Positions 8,130 to 17,909 of a DNA stretch of 32,000 bases are shown here, in pieces. Origin of the DNA: Promethearchaeota archaeon (GTDB lineage Archaea; Asgardarchaeota; Lokiarchaeia; Sigyniarchaeales; Promethearchaeaceae). The stretch's first letter is position 1. Every line of letters begins with the position of its first letter. Location of the stretch: the NCBI GenBank assembly GCA_016933055.1, contig JAFGBS010000022.1, positions 1-32,000 on the forward strand, read 5' to 3'. The notes below the pieces were generated by a model that was not told where the DNA came from, ran no database searches, and saw nothing but the letters and a program-made list of their open reading frames with translations. The position numbers and the translations under genes were made by a program.

Positions 8130-9002
8130 CTATTTCTCTTTCTTCCTTTCATGCTCCTCTTTTAGAATAGTCTTCACGTAGTGCAAATAGGCTTTAAGTG
8201 CAAACCTTAACTTTTCATTTTCTTGAATCCTATTCCATTGATCGAGCGACTCTAAGGAGTTACGACCCACATAGATTCGGAACCAACTCACGGGAAAAAT
8301 TACATTACTCCCAATAAAACCCAATGCTTCCTCTAAAGTCATTATATTTAATTGAGTTCCTATTTCTTGCTTAATTTGGCGTAAATTTTTACTGATAATA
8401 TAGAAATTTGCAGCGCTTTCTGCAGTACACACAATTCCTGCAACGCTACCCACTAGATACTTGGTTTTTTCATAAATACTAAACAAATCCAAATCCTCTG
8501 GATAATGAAAATACTGAAATCCATTTCCGTGAAACATGGATGTGATAAAGCGATATTCTGAAACATTATCTAAAAGAGTTGGAAAATATCGTTGGGTACG
8601 GATTTGTTTATGTGCTTCTTTCAATTTCTCGACGTATTTGAGATGTAATTTCACGAAAAGAGCTTCAACAAACGTGTTGGACTCGAATCCCGCGATTCCA
8701 TAGAAGATCCATCTCTTTTTGCGAATTTTGTTAAAGGCATTAACTAAACGCGAAATCATTTTCTGATAATCAACAACTGCGTCATCATCTTGGTGTTTAA
8801 CTATGAAATTCTCGAATTCATCCTCCAGTTCTGGCTCTTCCCAGAATTTTCCATAGGTAAGTTCGGAAAAAAGGTTTTCAACGACATGCAAATGGTGATC
8901 TTCATCCATTGCAAGAATGGAAAGAGCACCTCCAATATCAGCTCCTAGTCGGTTGCCTTGTGCGAGTAGAACATGTGGAGGATTATATAATCGGATACTC
9001 AT
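8130..9002 (-). CDS. Hypothetical protein (~290 aa)
   Basis: Long ORF with soluble-protein composition. Start moved to ATG 9002 behind an AGGGGTGA SD-like motif. No family recognised. Confidence 0.8.
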   Translation of the reverse strand: MSIRLYNPPHVLLAQGNRLGADIGGALSILAMDEDHHLHVVENLFSELTYGKFWEEPELEDEFENFIVKHQDDDAVVDYQKMISRLVNAFNKIRKKRWIFYGIAGFESNTFVEALFVKLHLKYVEKLKEAHKQIRTQRYFPTLLDNVSEYRFITSMFHGNGFQYFHYPEDLDLFSIYEKTKYLVGSVAGIVCTAESAANFYIISKNLRQIKQEIGTQLNIMTLEEALGFIGSNVIFPVSWFRIYVGRNSLESLDQWNRIQENEKLRFALKAYLHYVKTILKEEHERKKEK

Positions 9003-9183
9003 GGTTTTTCTATTCACCCCTTGTTTTCGTGTTTTTTTCTCTTTATCTATTAAAAATAAATTCCTATTTCTCTGTTTCCTTTATTTCTAGCAAAATTGAG
9101 CATTCTTTCAAATGAAAGAATAATTTAGAAACTCAAATCAAGAACTTAATTTGAAATTTAAATCAAATGTCATCTCTAATTTT

Positions 9184-11730
9184 TTAAAAATGTCTAAGAA
9201 TCGTATATATACGTTTTCGATTAGCATCCGGAATTCTATGATGTACTAGATAATCTTTGATTTCGGCAACCAGCTTCTTCTTTGAGGGAGCTTTAATGCC
9301 TAAATCTGCAAATTTTTCATTAAAATCGGTGAGTAGGGTATACAAATCTTCAACAGATTTTGCAAAATAATAATTACCTGCACCTCTATTTCCTACCACA
9401 ATATTCCGGAACATACTGGTAATTGTTTTTTGAAGCATATTCACAAAAATAATTTTTTCTTTCGGGTCTGGGAATTTTTCTAATACTGCCAAACTATATT
9501 TAAAGCATTCAGCGGGAATTGCGAAAGAGTTATCATCACGGTCTTTAAATTTAAAACTCGTATGAAAAACCGTCAGTAACATCCTGCGAATTTTACTTGG
9601 ATTGTGGACAATAGGATTTACGATCAATTCAGAATCTGGATTTTGATGTAAAAAATATCTTTCAAAATCTGCAGAATCCAATTCTTCCCCCTTTTTTATG
9701 CTTTCCACTAAGATTTTAGTGAAAGTTTTTTCGATTTTCGCTTTAGTCATACTATTTTCGGTAACGAATCGGGAATCAGTCGAGTTTTTTTCCCGTACAA
9801 ATTCAACTTCAATCGAATCAAGTGTTTTTTTTGATTTTCGTGACACTAATTTTTCTTCTACTAAATCATGCGCATCCTCTTCGGACCACGTTTTAAATTC
9901 CTTATCTGAATACGCAGATTTCGGCACAAATTTCTGGTTAATCTCTTCCAATCTACGGTGAACATTCTCAAAATCCCGCAGGAACCGACCAAACTGCTGA
10001 TAACTAAGCATAAAGTCAAAAGGACATTCTTCACCCGAAACGATAATAAACCTGACTTTATCATACCGTAATCCGCCAGATTTGTTTAAGGATCGCTTTA
10101 TTCCTTCGTTATTACACATTTTCTGCTTTTCATACGTAGAATTTCTTGCATTAATGTTTCGTTTCAAAATTATTGGTTCAAAATCGGAAAAACTACAAAA
10201 TAAATGGTTTTTACATTCGATTATGTACAAAACCCTCTTGTATACAAACGCAAGGTCAATTTCTCTCCAGCGGAAGTTTTCCCCCAAATCTAAATCTTTT
10301 GTATGCTTTCCTATTATGCACTTCGGAATTTTTATTCCACTAGGCGTCACAAGGGTATTCTGTCGTTTCAGATCTAGATATTCCTTATCTTCACGGGTTT
10401 TTTCGGGATCATGGACAATTATTTTCTGAGGAATAATACCAAGTTCTTTAATGATTTTTTCAGCAACCAATTCCTCAAATCCACGACCACGGTTACCCGC
10501 GACAATATAGGATTTCATATGAGATGATAGGAAATAGAAAAATGCATCCAACACTTGTACATAGGAAAAAAATACCTCGGTCCGTGCATTTTTTCCTTTC
10601 TGCTGAATTTTAAAAAATGGGTGTTTCCAAAAAACATCATAAGAATTCCTTTTTGGGGAAAAAGTGTTCAAATCTAATAATAATGAATCTATAAGCTTTT
10701 CGGATACAGAATAGCGTTTTAACTTGTTATAAAATTCATAATATCCCTTAGAAATAAAGTTCTGTCCATAATACTCTTCAAGAATGCATTTAAATGCCTT
10801 TATTCCTTCTTCGAGTTCTCCTCTTAAAGGGGAGTTCCCAGGAAAGCATAATGGGAGATTCTCAGAATAAAATTTTATTATTTCTCGAACAAGTTCTAAA
10901 GAAATGATTTTTGGAATAAAATCGGAAATCTCTTTATCATTGTCTGCCGGTATTTTTGCTTCTCGTAGGTATATACTCAAAAAAGTCTTTAAAAACTTAA
11001 GACTACTTTTCTTTGCTTTATAATTAATAGTATTGTCTGCTTGACGCTCATCAAAGGATAGATTGGATGGATCTTGAATGGTATCTAACCAATCGGTGTA
11101 GTTTACATAAAACTCATCGTTCTCATAAAACATAGGAAATATTTGGGTGATGTCTAGATCGGGATTTTTTTCGAAAAACATTCCTATGGCTTTCAGATTG
11201 GAGGGATGATAATACCAGTGAAAATTTTCTTTTTTTTGGGGATTCACTTTATGAGCAAATTCACGCACTAATTCTCGAATGGGCTGAAAGTGTTCATTTA
11301 GTGTTCTTGTTCTTTTAAAAGGATATTTCAGTAATTCTTTCAAGAGAAATAAAGTGGATTGCGCAACTACAGGGGAGAATAATTCCTCTTTTCGAGAATT
11401 AAATTCCTTTATCTGCTCTTCATTACTTAAAATGTGTAATAATGTTCCTTTAATTAGAGCTTCTTTACAAATTTCTGATATACTGGGAATATTAAGTAAA
11501 AACGCATTTAATCTGTCATAATGAATCAAACGACTTCGCGTATATTCATTTAAGAGGAATCGAATGGTTTGAATGGTATCATAATTAGTCAACTCATTCC
11601 GCTGAGACTCATCAATTTCAGAAAATTGATGTTTGAACACATTATGCACATATTGGAAATCAATCTCTCGTGGAACTGCTTCATCTCGCCCCTCAATCTG
11701 CTCGGTTTCTGCTTGTATGCCCATTCCCAT
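9184..11730 (-). CDS. Large protein with a central PD-(D/E)xK (NERD/restriction-like) nuclease domain
   Basis: GRGFEELVAEKI ... REIDLAFVYKRVLYIIECKNH. Long helical N- and C-terminal regions not recognised. Confidence 0.75.
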   Translation of the reverse strand: MGMGIQAETEQIEGRDEAVPREIDFQYVHNVFKHQFSEIDESQRNELTNYDTIQTIRFLLNEYTRSRLIHYDRLNAFLLNIPSISEICKEALIKGTLLHILSNEEQIKEFNSRKEELFSPVVAQSTLFLLKELLKYPFKRTRTLNEHFQPIRELVREFAHKVNPQKKENFHWYYHPSNLKAIGMFFEKNPDLDITQIFPMFYENDEFYVNYTDWLDTIQDPSNLSFDERQADNTINYKAKKSSLKFLKTFLSIYLREAKIPADNDKEISDFIPKIISLELVREIIKFYSENLPLCFPGNSPLRGELEEGIKAFKCILEEYYGQNFISKGYYEFYNKLKRYSVSEKLIDSLLLDLNTFSPKRNSYDVFWKHPFFKIQQKGKNARTEVFFSYVQVLDAFFYFLSSHMKSYIVAGNRGRGFEELVAEKIIKELGIIPQKIIVHDPEKTREDKEYLDLKRQNTLVTPSGIKIPKCIIGKHTKDLDLGENFRWREIDLAFVYKRVLYIIECKNHLFCSFSDFEPIILKRNINARNSTYEKQKMCNNEGIKRSLNKSGGLRYDKVRFIIVSGEECPFDFMLSYQQFGRFLRDFENVHRRLEEINQKFVPKSAYSDKEFKTWSEEDAHDLVEEKLVSRKSKKTLDSIEVEFVREKNSTDSRFVTENSMTKAKIEKTFTKILVESIKKGEELDSADFERYFLHQNPDSELIVNPIVHNPSKIRRMLLTVFHTSFKFKDRDDNSFAIPAECFKYSLAVLEKFPDPKEKIIFVNMLQKTITSMFRNIVVGNRGAGNYYFAKSVEDLYTLLTDFNEKFADLGIKAPSKKKLVAEIKDYLVHHRIPDANRKRIYTILRHF

Positions 11731-12043
11731 ACCGATCCATCCCTAGAGATTATCCCTATCCGGACTCTTTATTGCACATTTTCCTTCTTTTTTATATATA
11801 TCTAATCCGGATCTAAAAAATCAATATACGATATCAATGTCGATTGTGAAATTAAATCTAAGTATATGTAATATTTCAAGCTTAAAATCAGCAAATATAG
11901 GCTCATTGTAAATAATGAGAAAGAACCACCGGATTAGTCGATTGACCTCTGGTTTTTAGATTTTTTTTTGCACAGACCTTAAATTTTTAAAAATTATTTT
12001 CGTCCCGGGCTGTTCTTACGTAATAACTTCAATATGATTTTTT

Positions 12044-12087
12044 TATAGATTAAAAGAATAATCTATATATTGATAATCTATCTATTG
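12044..12087. promoter_or_regulatory. Candidate operator upstream of the CopD-like/PadR operon
   Basis: TATAGATTA-N6-TAATCTATA (12044-12067) overlapping a 15-bp tandem ATAATCTAT(A/C)TATTG x2 (12058-12087), 42 bp before the ATG. Confidence 0.5.
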
Positions 12088-12129
12088 ATTAATTAGTAAT
12101 ATAACAATTTATCAGAGATGTAAAAAAAT

Positions 12130-12627
12130 ATGGCTCTATCACCAGTATTTCTACAAACCTTAGTCAACTTCCTCCACAATGTGTTTACTGCTATGTGGGT
12201 TGGGGGGATGTTAACGCTTCTATTTGCTGTAATGCCCTCGATGAGAAAAATCCTTGGTAAATCCAAAGAATCTCAAGCATTAAATACTCAAATTAAAAAA
12301 ACACTTAGTGTGTTGACCTATATAAGCATAGTGGGACTGATCATCACTGGATTAATGATGGGTAAAAAAGCCCAACTTGCGGGGGACTATACAGGATTTT
12401 TTAGTTTTGGAACCGAATATTCCACACTTTTAAGCATTAAACACCTGTTATATATTTTGATGGTCGCTTTAGCGATTTTCCGTAGTGTAATCGTGGATAG
12501 ACTAAAGAAACCCACTCAAGAGATGAAAATGAAGATTAATATGTATTTGTTAATTTTGAATGTGATTGCAGGATTAGCTGTTTTGTTGCTCAGTTCGAAT
12601 ATTGCAGTGCTGGCATCTATCCCTTGA
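12130..12627 (+). CDS. CopD/DUF4149-like four-helix membrane protein
   Basis: FLHNVFTAMWVGG and Y..LLSIKHLL motifs, four hydrophobic helices. Confidence 0.75.
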   Translation: MALSPVFLQTLVNFLHNVFTAMWVGGMLTLLFAVMPSMRKILGKSKESQALNTQIKKTLSVLTYISIVGLIITGLMMGKKAQLAGDYTGFFSFGTEYSTLLSIKHLLYILMVALAIFRSVIVDRLKKPTQEMKMKINMYLLILNVIAGLAVLLLSSNIAVLASIP

Positions 12628-12708
12628 GTTTTCTCAGTTATGTTCCTACAAAAAATTAAACCAAAATCGTTTTTTTATTTCATTATAAATAATAAACGTG
12701 TGAATTCA

Positions 12709-13134
12709 ATGAAGCATCTCCCAGATCAAGAAACGAAATTTACATCAGAAAATACGTCCAATACTACCCGAAGATCTTTAACTGATCCACTTTCACCTCT
12801 ACCTTTGACTAGAGTCATCATTCTCACACTTATATCTAGATTCCCCCATATAACCGGGTATACTTTGATGAAAAAGAAAGTTCCCGAAAATTTGCATCCT
12901 GATATATCACTGAAAACTGGAACCGTATATTCTGAATTACGACGCCTTGAGCGTTCGGGAAAACTGATGTCGGAACAAGATAAAAGTGGAAGAAAAGAAA
13001 GGTATTATACAATAACTAATGCCGGTCAAAAAGAATTGGCTCAATTGTCAAAGCAAATTCAGAATCGGCGTAATTTTGTGCTTAATCCATTGCTGAAAAT
13101 AATTTTTGAAGACCTGTTGTCTTCTGATGATTAA
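12709..13134 (+). CDS. PadR-family transcriptional regulator
   Basis: TGYTL...GTVYSELRRLERSGKL...RKERYYTITNAGQKEL. Start probably ATG 12709 (track gives 12640). Confidence 0.88.
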   Translation: MKHLPDQETKFTSENTSNTTRRSLTDPLSPLPLTRVIILTLISRFPHITGYTLMKKKVPENLHPDISLKTGTVYSELRRLERSGKLMSEQDKSGRKERYYTITNAGQKELAQLSKQIQNRRNFVLNPLLKIIFEDLLSSDD

Positions 13135-13155
13135 TTTTGTTACATTAGTTAGGTA

Positions 13156-13560
13156 TTAATCCAATAACCTTTTTTGATATTGGAGATCTTGGATCTCTGT
13201 AATATTTTGGGAAGCTTCCAAACACCCTAAATACCCTCCCTCTGGGTCCCTCAGAGCATAATATTCGATTAAAACTTTCTGTTTTCCCTCTAATCCTTTA
13301 ATATCGAGATCAATCCAAAATCTTGCTTTATCCCTACTTCCATTTTTCATTTCTTCAATAATTTTCTCTACTTTATCGACACTCTTTGAAGGGTGACAAT
13401 TTCGAACATTGCGACCTACCACACCTTTAGGGCGTTTAAAAATTCGAGTTTCATGTTTATTCCAACCAACTACTTCATCACTAGCATCTATAATGGAGAA
13501 TTCGATAGGGATTGTTTCAAAAAACGCTTCCAGAATTTCTTTAGGTAATGTTCCGATCAT
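13156..13560 (-). CDS. Stand-alone PAS-domain protein (PAS_10 type)
   Basis: FSIIDASDEV..WN..RIFKRP..VVGRNVRNCHP..S...V.KI pattern. Confidence 0.85.
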   Translation of the reverse strand: MIGTLPKEILEAFFETIPIEFSIIDASDEVVGWNKHETRIFKRPKGVVGRNVRNCHPSKSVDKVEKIIEEMKNGSRDKARFWIDLDIKGLEGKQKVLIEYYALRDPEGGYLGCLEASQNITEIQDLQYQKRLLD

Positions 13561-13617
13561 AATATTATAATTAGGTTAATAGTATTTTAATCTGGTTTAA
13601 ACCCAACGTGTGATCTG

Positions 13618-13812
13618 TCACTTCATTTTTTTTTGCACTTTTGTAATCATAATTTTACCATCGTGAAATAATACCCAACGAATTTTATCCCCATTTTGGA
13701 ATCCAAGTGTATCTACAATTTCTTTTGGAACAGTAGTTCTTCTCCTGCTCTCACGAATCGTTATCGTGGTTTCTGTCACATAATCGACATCATTCATATC
13801 AATTATTGTCAT
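13618..13812 (-). CDS. AbrB/MazE/SpoVT-family DNA-binding protein
   Basis: RRTTVPKEIVDTLGFQNGDKIRW. Confidence 0.85.
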   Translation of the reverse strand: MTIIDMNDVDYVTETTITIRESRRRTTVPKEIVDTLGFQNGDKIRWVLFHDGKIMITKVQKKMK

Positions 13813-14045
13813 GGGGTTTTCATGATTTTCACAATTTTAAAAGTTTGGTCTAACACCAAAGGATATGGAAAAGAATGTTAGGGTTTCTAAGTCGTGTTGT
13901 TATAAGTGTAAGCATTTTCCTATGAAGTTCTCATTTATTGATGCCAGAGGGTATTGATTCTGTGTATGGTTATTAAGGAATCAAACCAAACTAAAGAAAT
14001 CAAGGTGCAAGTATCACGATTAACATAACCACGGTATCCCCGATA

Positions 14046-14855
14046 GTGTATTATATTCTCATTTCGGTCTTAGCATTAATATGTGAATATATAGATTCTG
14101 CGATGGGTGGCGGGTATGGTACTATCCTTGTACCGATTCTCCTTGCATTTAACATCGATAGAAGATTTTTGATTCCAGCAGTATTATTCACTGAAATCTG
14201 GACCGGATTGGGTTCAGCACTTCTTCATCATTTTGTTGGAAATGCGGATTTTCATGTTAAGATTTTGAATGGGAAAGAAGCGGAACAGAATGGGAAAATT
14301 ATATTATCGCAAGACTTTAAAATAGCCATAATTCTGGCTGTATGTGGTGTCATAGGGGGGGTTATTGCAGCTTATGCTTCTATCAAAATAAATGATGTCA
14401 TAATGAAAACCTATATCGGAAGTTTAGTTCTACTTATGGGTTTTCTTGTTCTGATAAGATTAAAGTGGAAGTTTAAATGGTGGAAGATTTATGGAATAGG
14501 TTTGATCGCCGCATTCAATAAAGGATTAAGTGGAGGGGGATACGGGCCATTAATTTCTTCTGGTCAGATTATCGCGGACAGAAATCCACGACAAGCGGTT
14601 GCATCTACTTCACTTTCCGAAGCAGTTGTGTGTGCAGTTTCACTCATCATAACTGCTACAATTCCTGAAAATCAAAGCATAATTTTCACACTTCCATTCC
14701 TGCATTTTATTATTGCTCTTCTTATAGGTGCTCTTCTCTCCGTTCCCTTAGCAGTTCTAACTGTTAAATACATTCCCATTAAAAAAATGCAACCCATAAT
14801 TGGGATTGTTACTGTGCTACTTGGGATCTTTACAATAATAAAAACCTATATGTAG
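14046..14855 (+). CDS. Sulfite exporter TauE/SafE-family membrane protein
   Basis: DSAMGGGYGTILVP and repeated GLSGGGYGPL, ~8 TM segments. Confidence 0.9.
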   Translation: MYYILISVLALICEYIDSAMGGGYGTILVPILLAFNIDRRFLIPAVLFTEIWTGLGSALLHHFVGNADFHVKILNGKEAEQNGKIILSQDFKIAIILAVCGVIGGVIAAYASIKINDVIMKTYIGSLVLLMGFLVLIRLKWKFKWWKIYGIGLIAAFNKGLSGGGYGPLISSGQIIADRNPRQAVASTSLSEAVVCAVSLIITATIPENQSIIFTLPFLHFIIALLIGALLSVPLAVLTVKYIPIKKMQPIIGIVTVLLGIFTIIKTYM

Positions 14856-15280
14856 TTTTGATTAAGAAAACGTCATCAATTATGCTAAATCGAATGATAA
14901 ATGAAGGAGATCATCAAGTATCGGGAATCGGAGTTCATAGTGAAAAATTCCTCCAGTTTTTGATCTACTATAAATAATGAATAAATAATTCATTTTCTAT
15001 AAGAATAGAACTTATAATAGATGTTTGATGTATGTACACAATAGTAACTATCCAAAATATACAAAATCTTGAAATATTGGTGTTTCAATATATTTCATTC
15101 TATTTTAGAATTCTATCTTGGACTAAAGTTCTGAAAACCTACTTTCCATTGAATTATTAGCCATATAGAAATGGAATTCCATATGAAATCACTTGAATAG
15201 ATAAATCACATGTATTTCAATTAATATAATATATTTTTGGATAAAATGCGATAAATATTAAAGGAGATTATTTAACAAAT

Positions 15281-15658
15281 ATGAATTGTCCAAATTGTGG
15301 AGTAAAAGTAAGTCTCCATGCTAGAAATTGTTATTCGTGTGGGTATCTACAACCCCAAACACAGACTGCAGTCGATCCGCGATCATTTCCTGTAATTTCA
15401 TTTAACACACAGAATATAATACCGGCAATACCACCGGGGAAAGTCCCTGTATCGGAAAAATCTAAAACCATAACCATTATACTATGGGCATTTCTCGGAA
15501 TTTTCGGAGCTCATCATTTCTATGCTGGAAGAATAGGATTGGGATTGTTATATCTGTTCACCATAGGAATCCTTGGAGTGGGATGGCTAGTCGATTTTTT
15601 TCTGATTCTAACTGATCGATTTAAGGACATATTCGGAAATCGAATTTCACAACCATAA
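15281..15658 (+). CDS. Zn-ribbon + TM2 (NINE) domain protein
   Basis: CPNCG...CYSCG, then KSK...LGIFGAHHFYAGRIGLG...W..D. Confidence 0.9.
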   Translation: MNCPNCGVKVSLHARNCYSCGYLQPQTQTAVDPRSFPVISFNTQNIIPAIPPGKVPVSEKSKTITIILWAFLGIFGAHHFYAGRIGLGLLYLFTIGILGVGWLVDFFLILTDRFKDIFGNRISQP

Positions 15659-15711
15659 TGGATTTTTAATTCTTTATCTAGTTTTTTAAACCATGATGAA
15701 AACTAGTTCTC

Positions 15712-16269
15712 ATGGGTGTTAATATGCCTAAAGTGAATCCTGACCTAATACAGTGGTCCATTGATTCCGCAAAAAAACCGATGAAATTCGTAGCGATATG
15801 GAGGGAACATGGGGGTCCTTTAATCAGTGATCTAGATGCGATATGGGATAAGCTAGGTGATACTGGATATATGTGGGCTCGAACCATTTATCTTATCCAA
15901 CAAATCACAAGCACCCTAGATTTATCAAATCAATTACGGGATAACGCTTGTTATAATGTTCCCCTATTGGAACGAATGATCTATGGTGGTTTTGTTCATT
16001 CTCCGGCTAAAGATGAATCAGAAGAGGATGAACTATTTAATGTTTATAAATTTCTTATTATTGAACCGCTGACACTCGTTTCCTTGATATGGACTGCCCG
16101 ATCGATGAATTATGCTATCGAATCCGTGGAAACTCTTGTGGAATACATAGATCTGGAAAATTATGAAACTAACGAATCCCTCCACCACCAAGTCGATATT
16201 TATCTTAATTACTTGTATTCGTTAGATGCGTTAAATTTTGATGATTCTGATTGGTTAGTGCAAGATTGA
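15712..16269 (+). CDS. Hypothetical protein
   Basis: 185-aa ORF with plausible composition. Start could be 15712 or 15724. No family recognised. Confidence 0.7.
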   Translation: MGVNMPKVNPDLIQWSIDSAKKPMKFVAIWREHGGPLISDLDAIWDKLGDTGYMWARTIYLIQQITSTLDLSNQLRDNACYNVPLLERMIYGGFVHSPAKDESEEDELFNVYKFLIIEPLTLVSLIWTARSMNYAIESVETLVEYIDLENYETNESLHHQVDIYLNYLYSLDALNFDDSDWLVQD

Positions 16270-16512
16270 GTTTTTTTATATAGACTAATCTCATTTTAGT
16301 ACCAAAAGAAGGATTTTCATTAGAAATTGTATCATAACACTTCGTCAGAGCCATTTTTTCAAAATTTTATCGAATGTAACTAATAGGTCTGAATATTTAT
16401 AGATGAACCTAAAATCAAGCAATCTATAAATTCTCAATGAATTTTTTTGAATGTACAAGCTAAAATGATTAATTCTGGATAAAAATTCGGGGTTTTCTTT
16501 AATATACGACAA

Positions 16513-17733
16513 TTAATTCTCCAATTGGTTTAACTGCTCTATTATTTTTGGTAATTGGATGTAAAAGTCTTCCAAATCAGTGAATTCTTCGTAAAACGAA
16601 CTGATCTTCGGATATATTCGTTTAATTTCTTCAAAAATTGGATTTTGGGAAAGTCGTAGAGAAGTCAATTGATGCATTTTAGTAAGACCTTCAATGTCTT
16701 CAATTCTATTATTTCGTACTTCTAATGTTGTCAATGCTTTCAAATTCTTAAGAGATGGAATTGATTTAATAACATTATTATCCAGATACAATTGCTGAAG
16801 ACAAGTCAACGAATCTAAGTTTTTAATAAGACGAATTTGATTATCATTGAAAAATAACGCATTGAGTTTAGTTAAAGAATCTAAATTTCGTATGGATTTG
16901 ATATTGTTTGCACTAAGATCAAGCCATTTTAGGTTTTTAAGATGGTTTAGGCCCGATATTTTTTGAATATTATTAAGGGAAAAATTCAATTTTTCTAACT
17001 GTGAAAGATCATCTAAGCCGGAAATTATCTTTATTTCATTGAGAGATGCATCTAACTCCATTAATTTGGGGCATTGAATAAAATTGACTTCAGAAATTTG
17101 ATTATTGCTTATGTCTAATTTTTTTAACGCATCCAATGGACCGATTTCAAATCGGTTAACTATTCGGTTACTCTTTAGGTTTATCTCTTGAAGTTTCGGT
17201 AAATTTTCTATATTCGATATTGTTGTAATCTGGTTATTCTCTAAGTTAAGTATCTTAAGGTTACGGAGATCTTTTAAATCGGGAATTCTCTTAATTGCAT
17301 TGTTTGCAGCATTCAGAATAGAAATGGAAGGGAATTCTTTGACTTTATCTAGATATGTTATTTTATTGTTTGAAAGATTGAGAACTTGAAGGTTGTTCAA
17401 TTCTATGATTTTTTCTATCTTACGAATATTATTCCATTGTAAGTTGAGATCGGTTAATTGAGGTAAATTCTCAATCCCATCCACATTTTCTATCTGATTA
17501 TCATACAAATTTAATTTTACAAGATTCTCCAACTCTAAGAAACAAGGTAATTTTTGGATCTGATTCTGACTCAAATCTAATATTTGGATTTGGTTTAATA
17601 GTGATTTATCCAGTTGGAAAAGCGGATTAATATCATATAATTGCGATTTTGAGAGATTTAAAAAGACGTAATCATCTATTTGTTCAAGAAAATACTCTTT
17701 GCCGTCTATTATTACTGAGTTTAATTTACTTAT
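16513..17733 (-). CDS. Leucine-rich-repeat protein (SDS22-like 22-aa repeats)
   Basis: ~14-15 repeats LxxLxLxxNxIxxIxxLxxLxx. The frame stays open 53 codons upstream of the tracked TTG (17574), which falls inside a repeat. Proposed start is ATA 17733. Confidence 0.88.
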   Translation of the reverse strand: MSKLNSVIIDGKEYFLEQIDDYVFLNLSKSQLYDINPLFQLDKSLLNQIQILDLSQNQIQKLPCFLELENLVKLNLYDNQIENVDGIENLPQLTDLNLQWNNIRKIEKIIELNNLQVLNLSNNKITYLDKVKEFPSISILNAANNAIKRIPDLKDLRNLKILNLENNQITTISNIENLPKLQEINLKSNRIVNRFEIGPLDALKKLDISNNQISEVNFIQCPKLMELDASLNEIKIISGLDDLSQLEKLNFSLNNIQKISGLNHLKNLKWLDLSANNIKSIRNLDSLTKLNALFFNDNQIRLIKNLDSLTCLQQLYLDNNVIKSIPSLKNLKALTTLEVRNNRIEDIEGLTKMHQLTSLRLSQNPIFEEIKRIYPKISSFYEEFTDLEDFYIQLPKIIEQLNQLEN

Positions 17734-17909
17734 GATTTTTCCCGCCTTTTAAAATGAATTTGAATGAAATTTTAATAACCATCTCTAAGAAGTTACACTT
17801 CGCTATTATGAATAAAATAATTAGAATTATTCCTTATTGGTTTAAGATTCAAACGTAATAATATCAAAATTTGTGGGTCAATGATTTCAATAATCGTATA
17901 TCAGATGAT

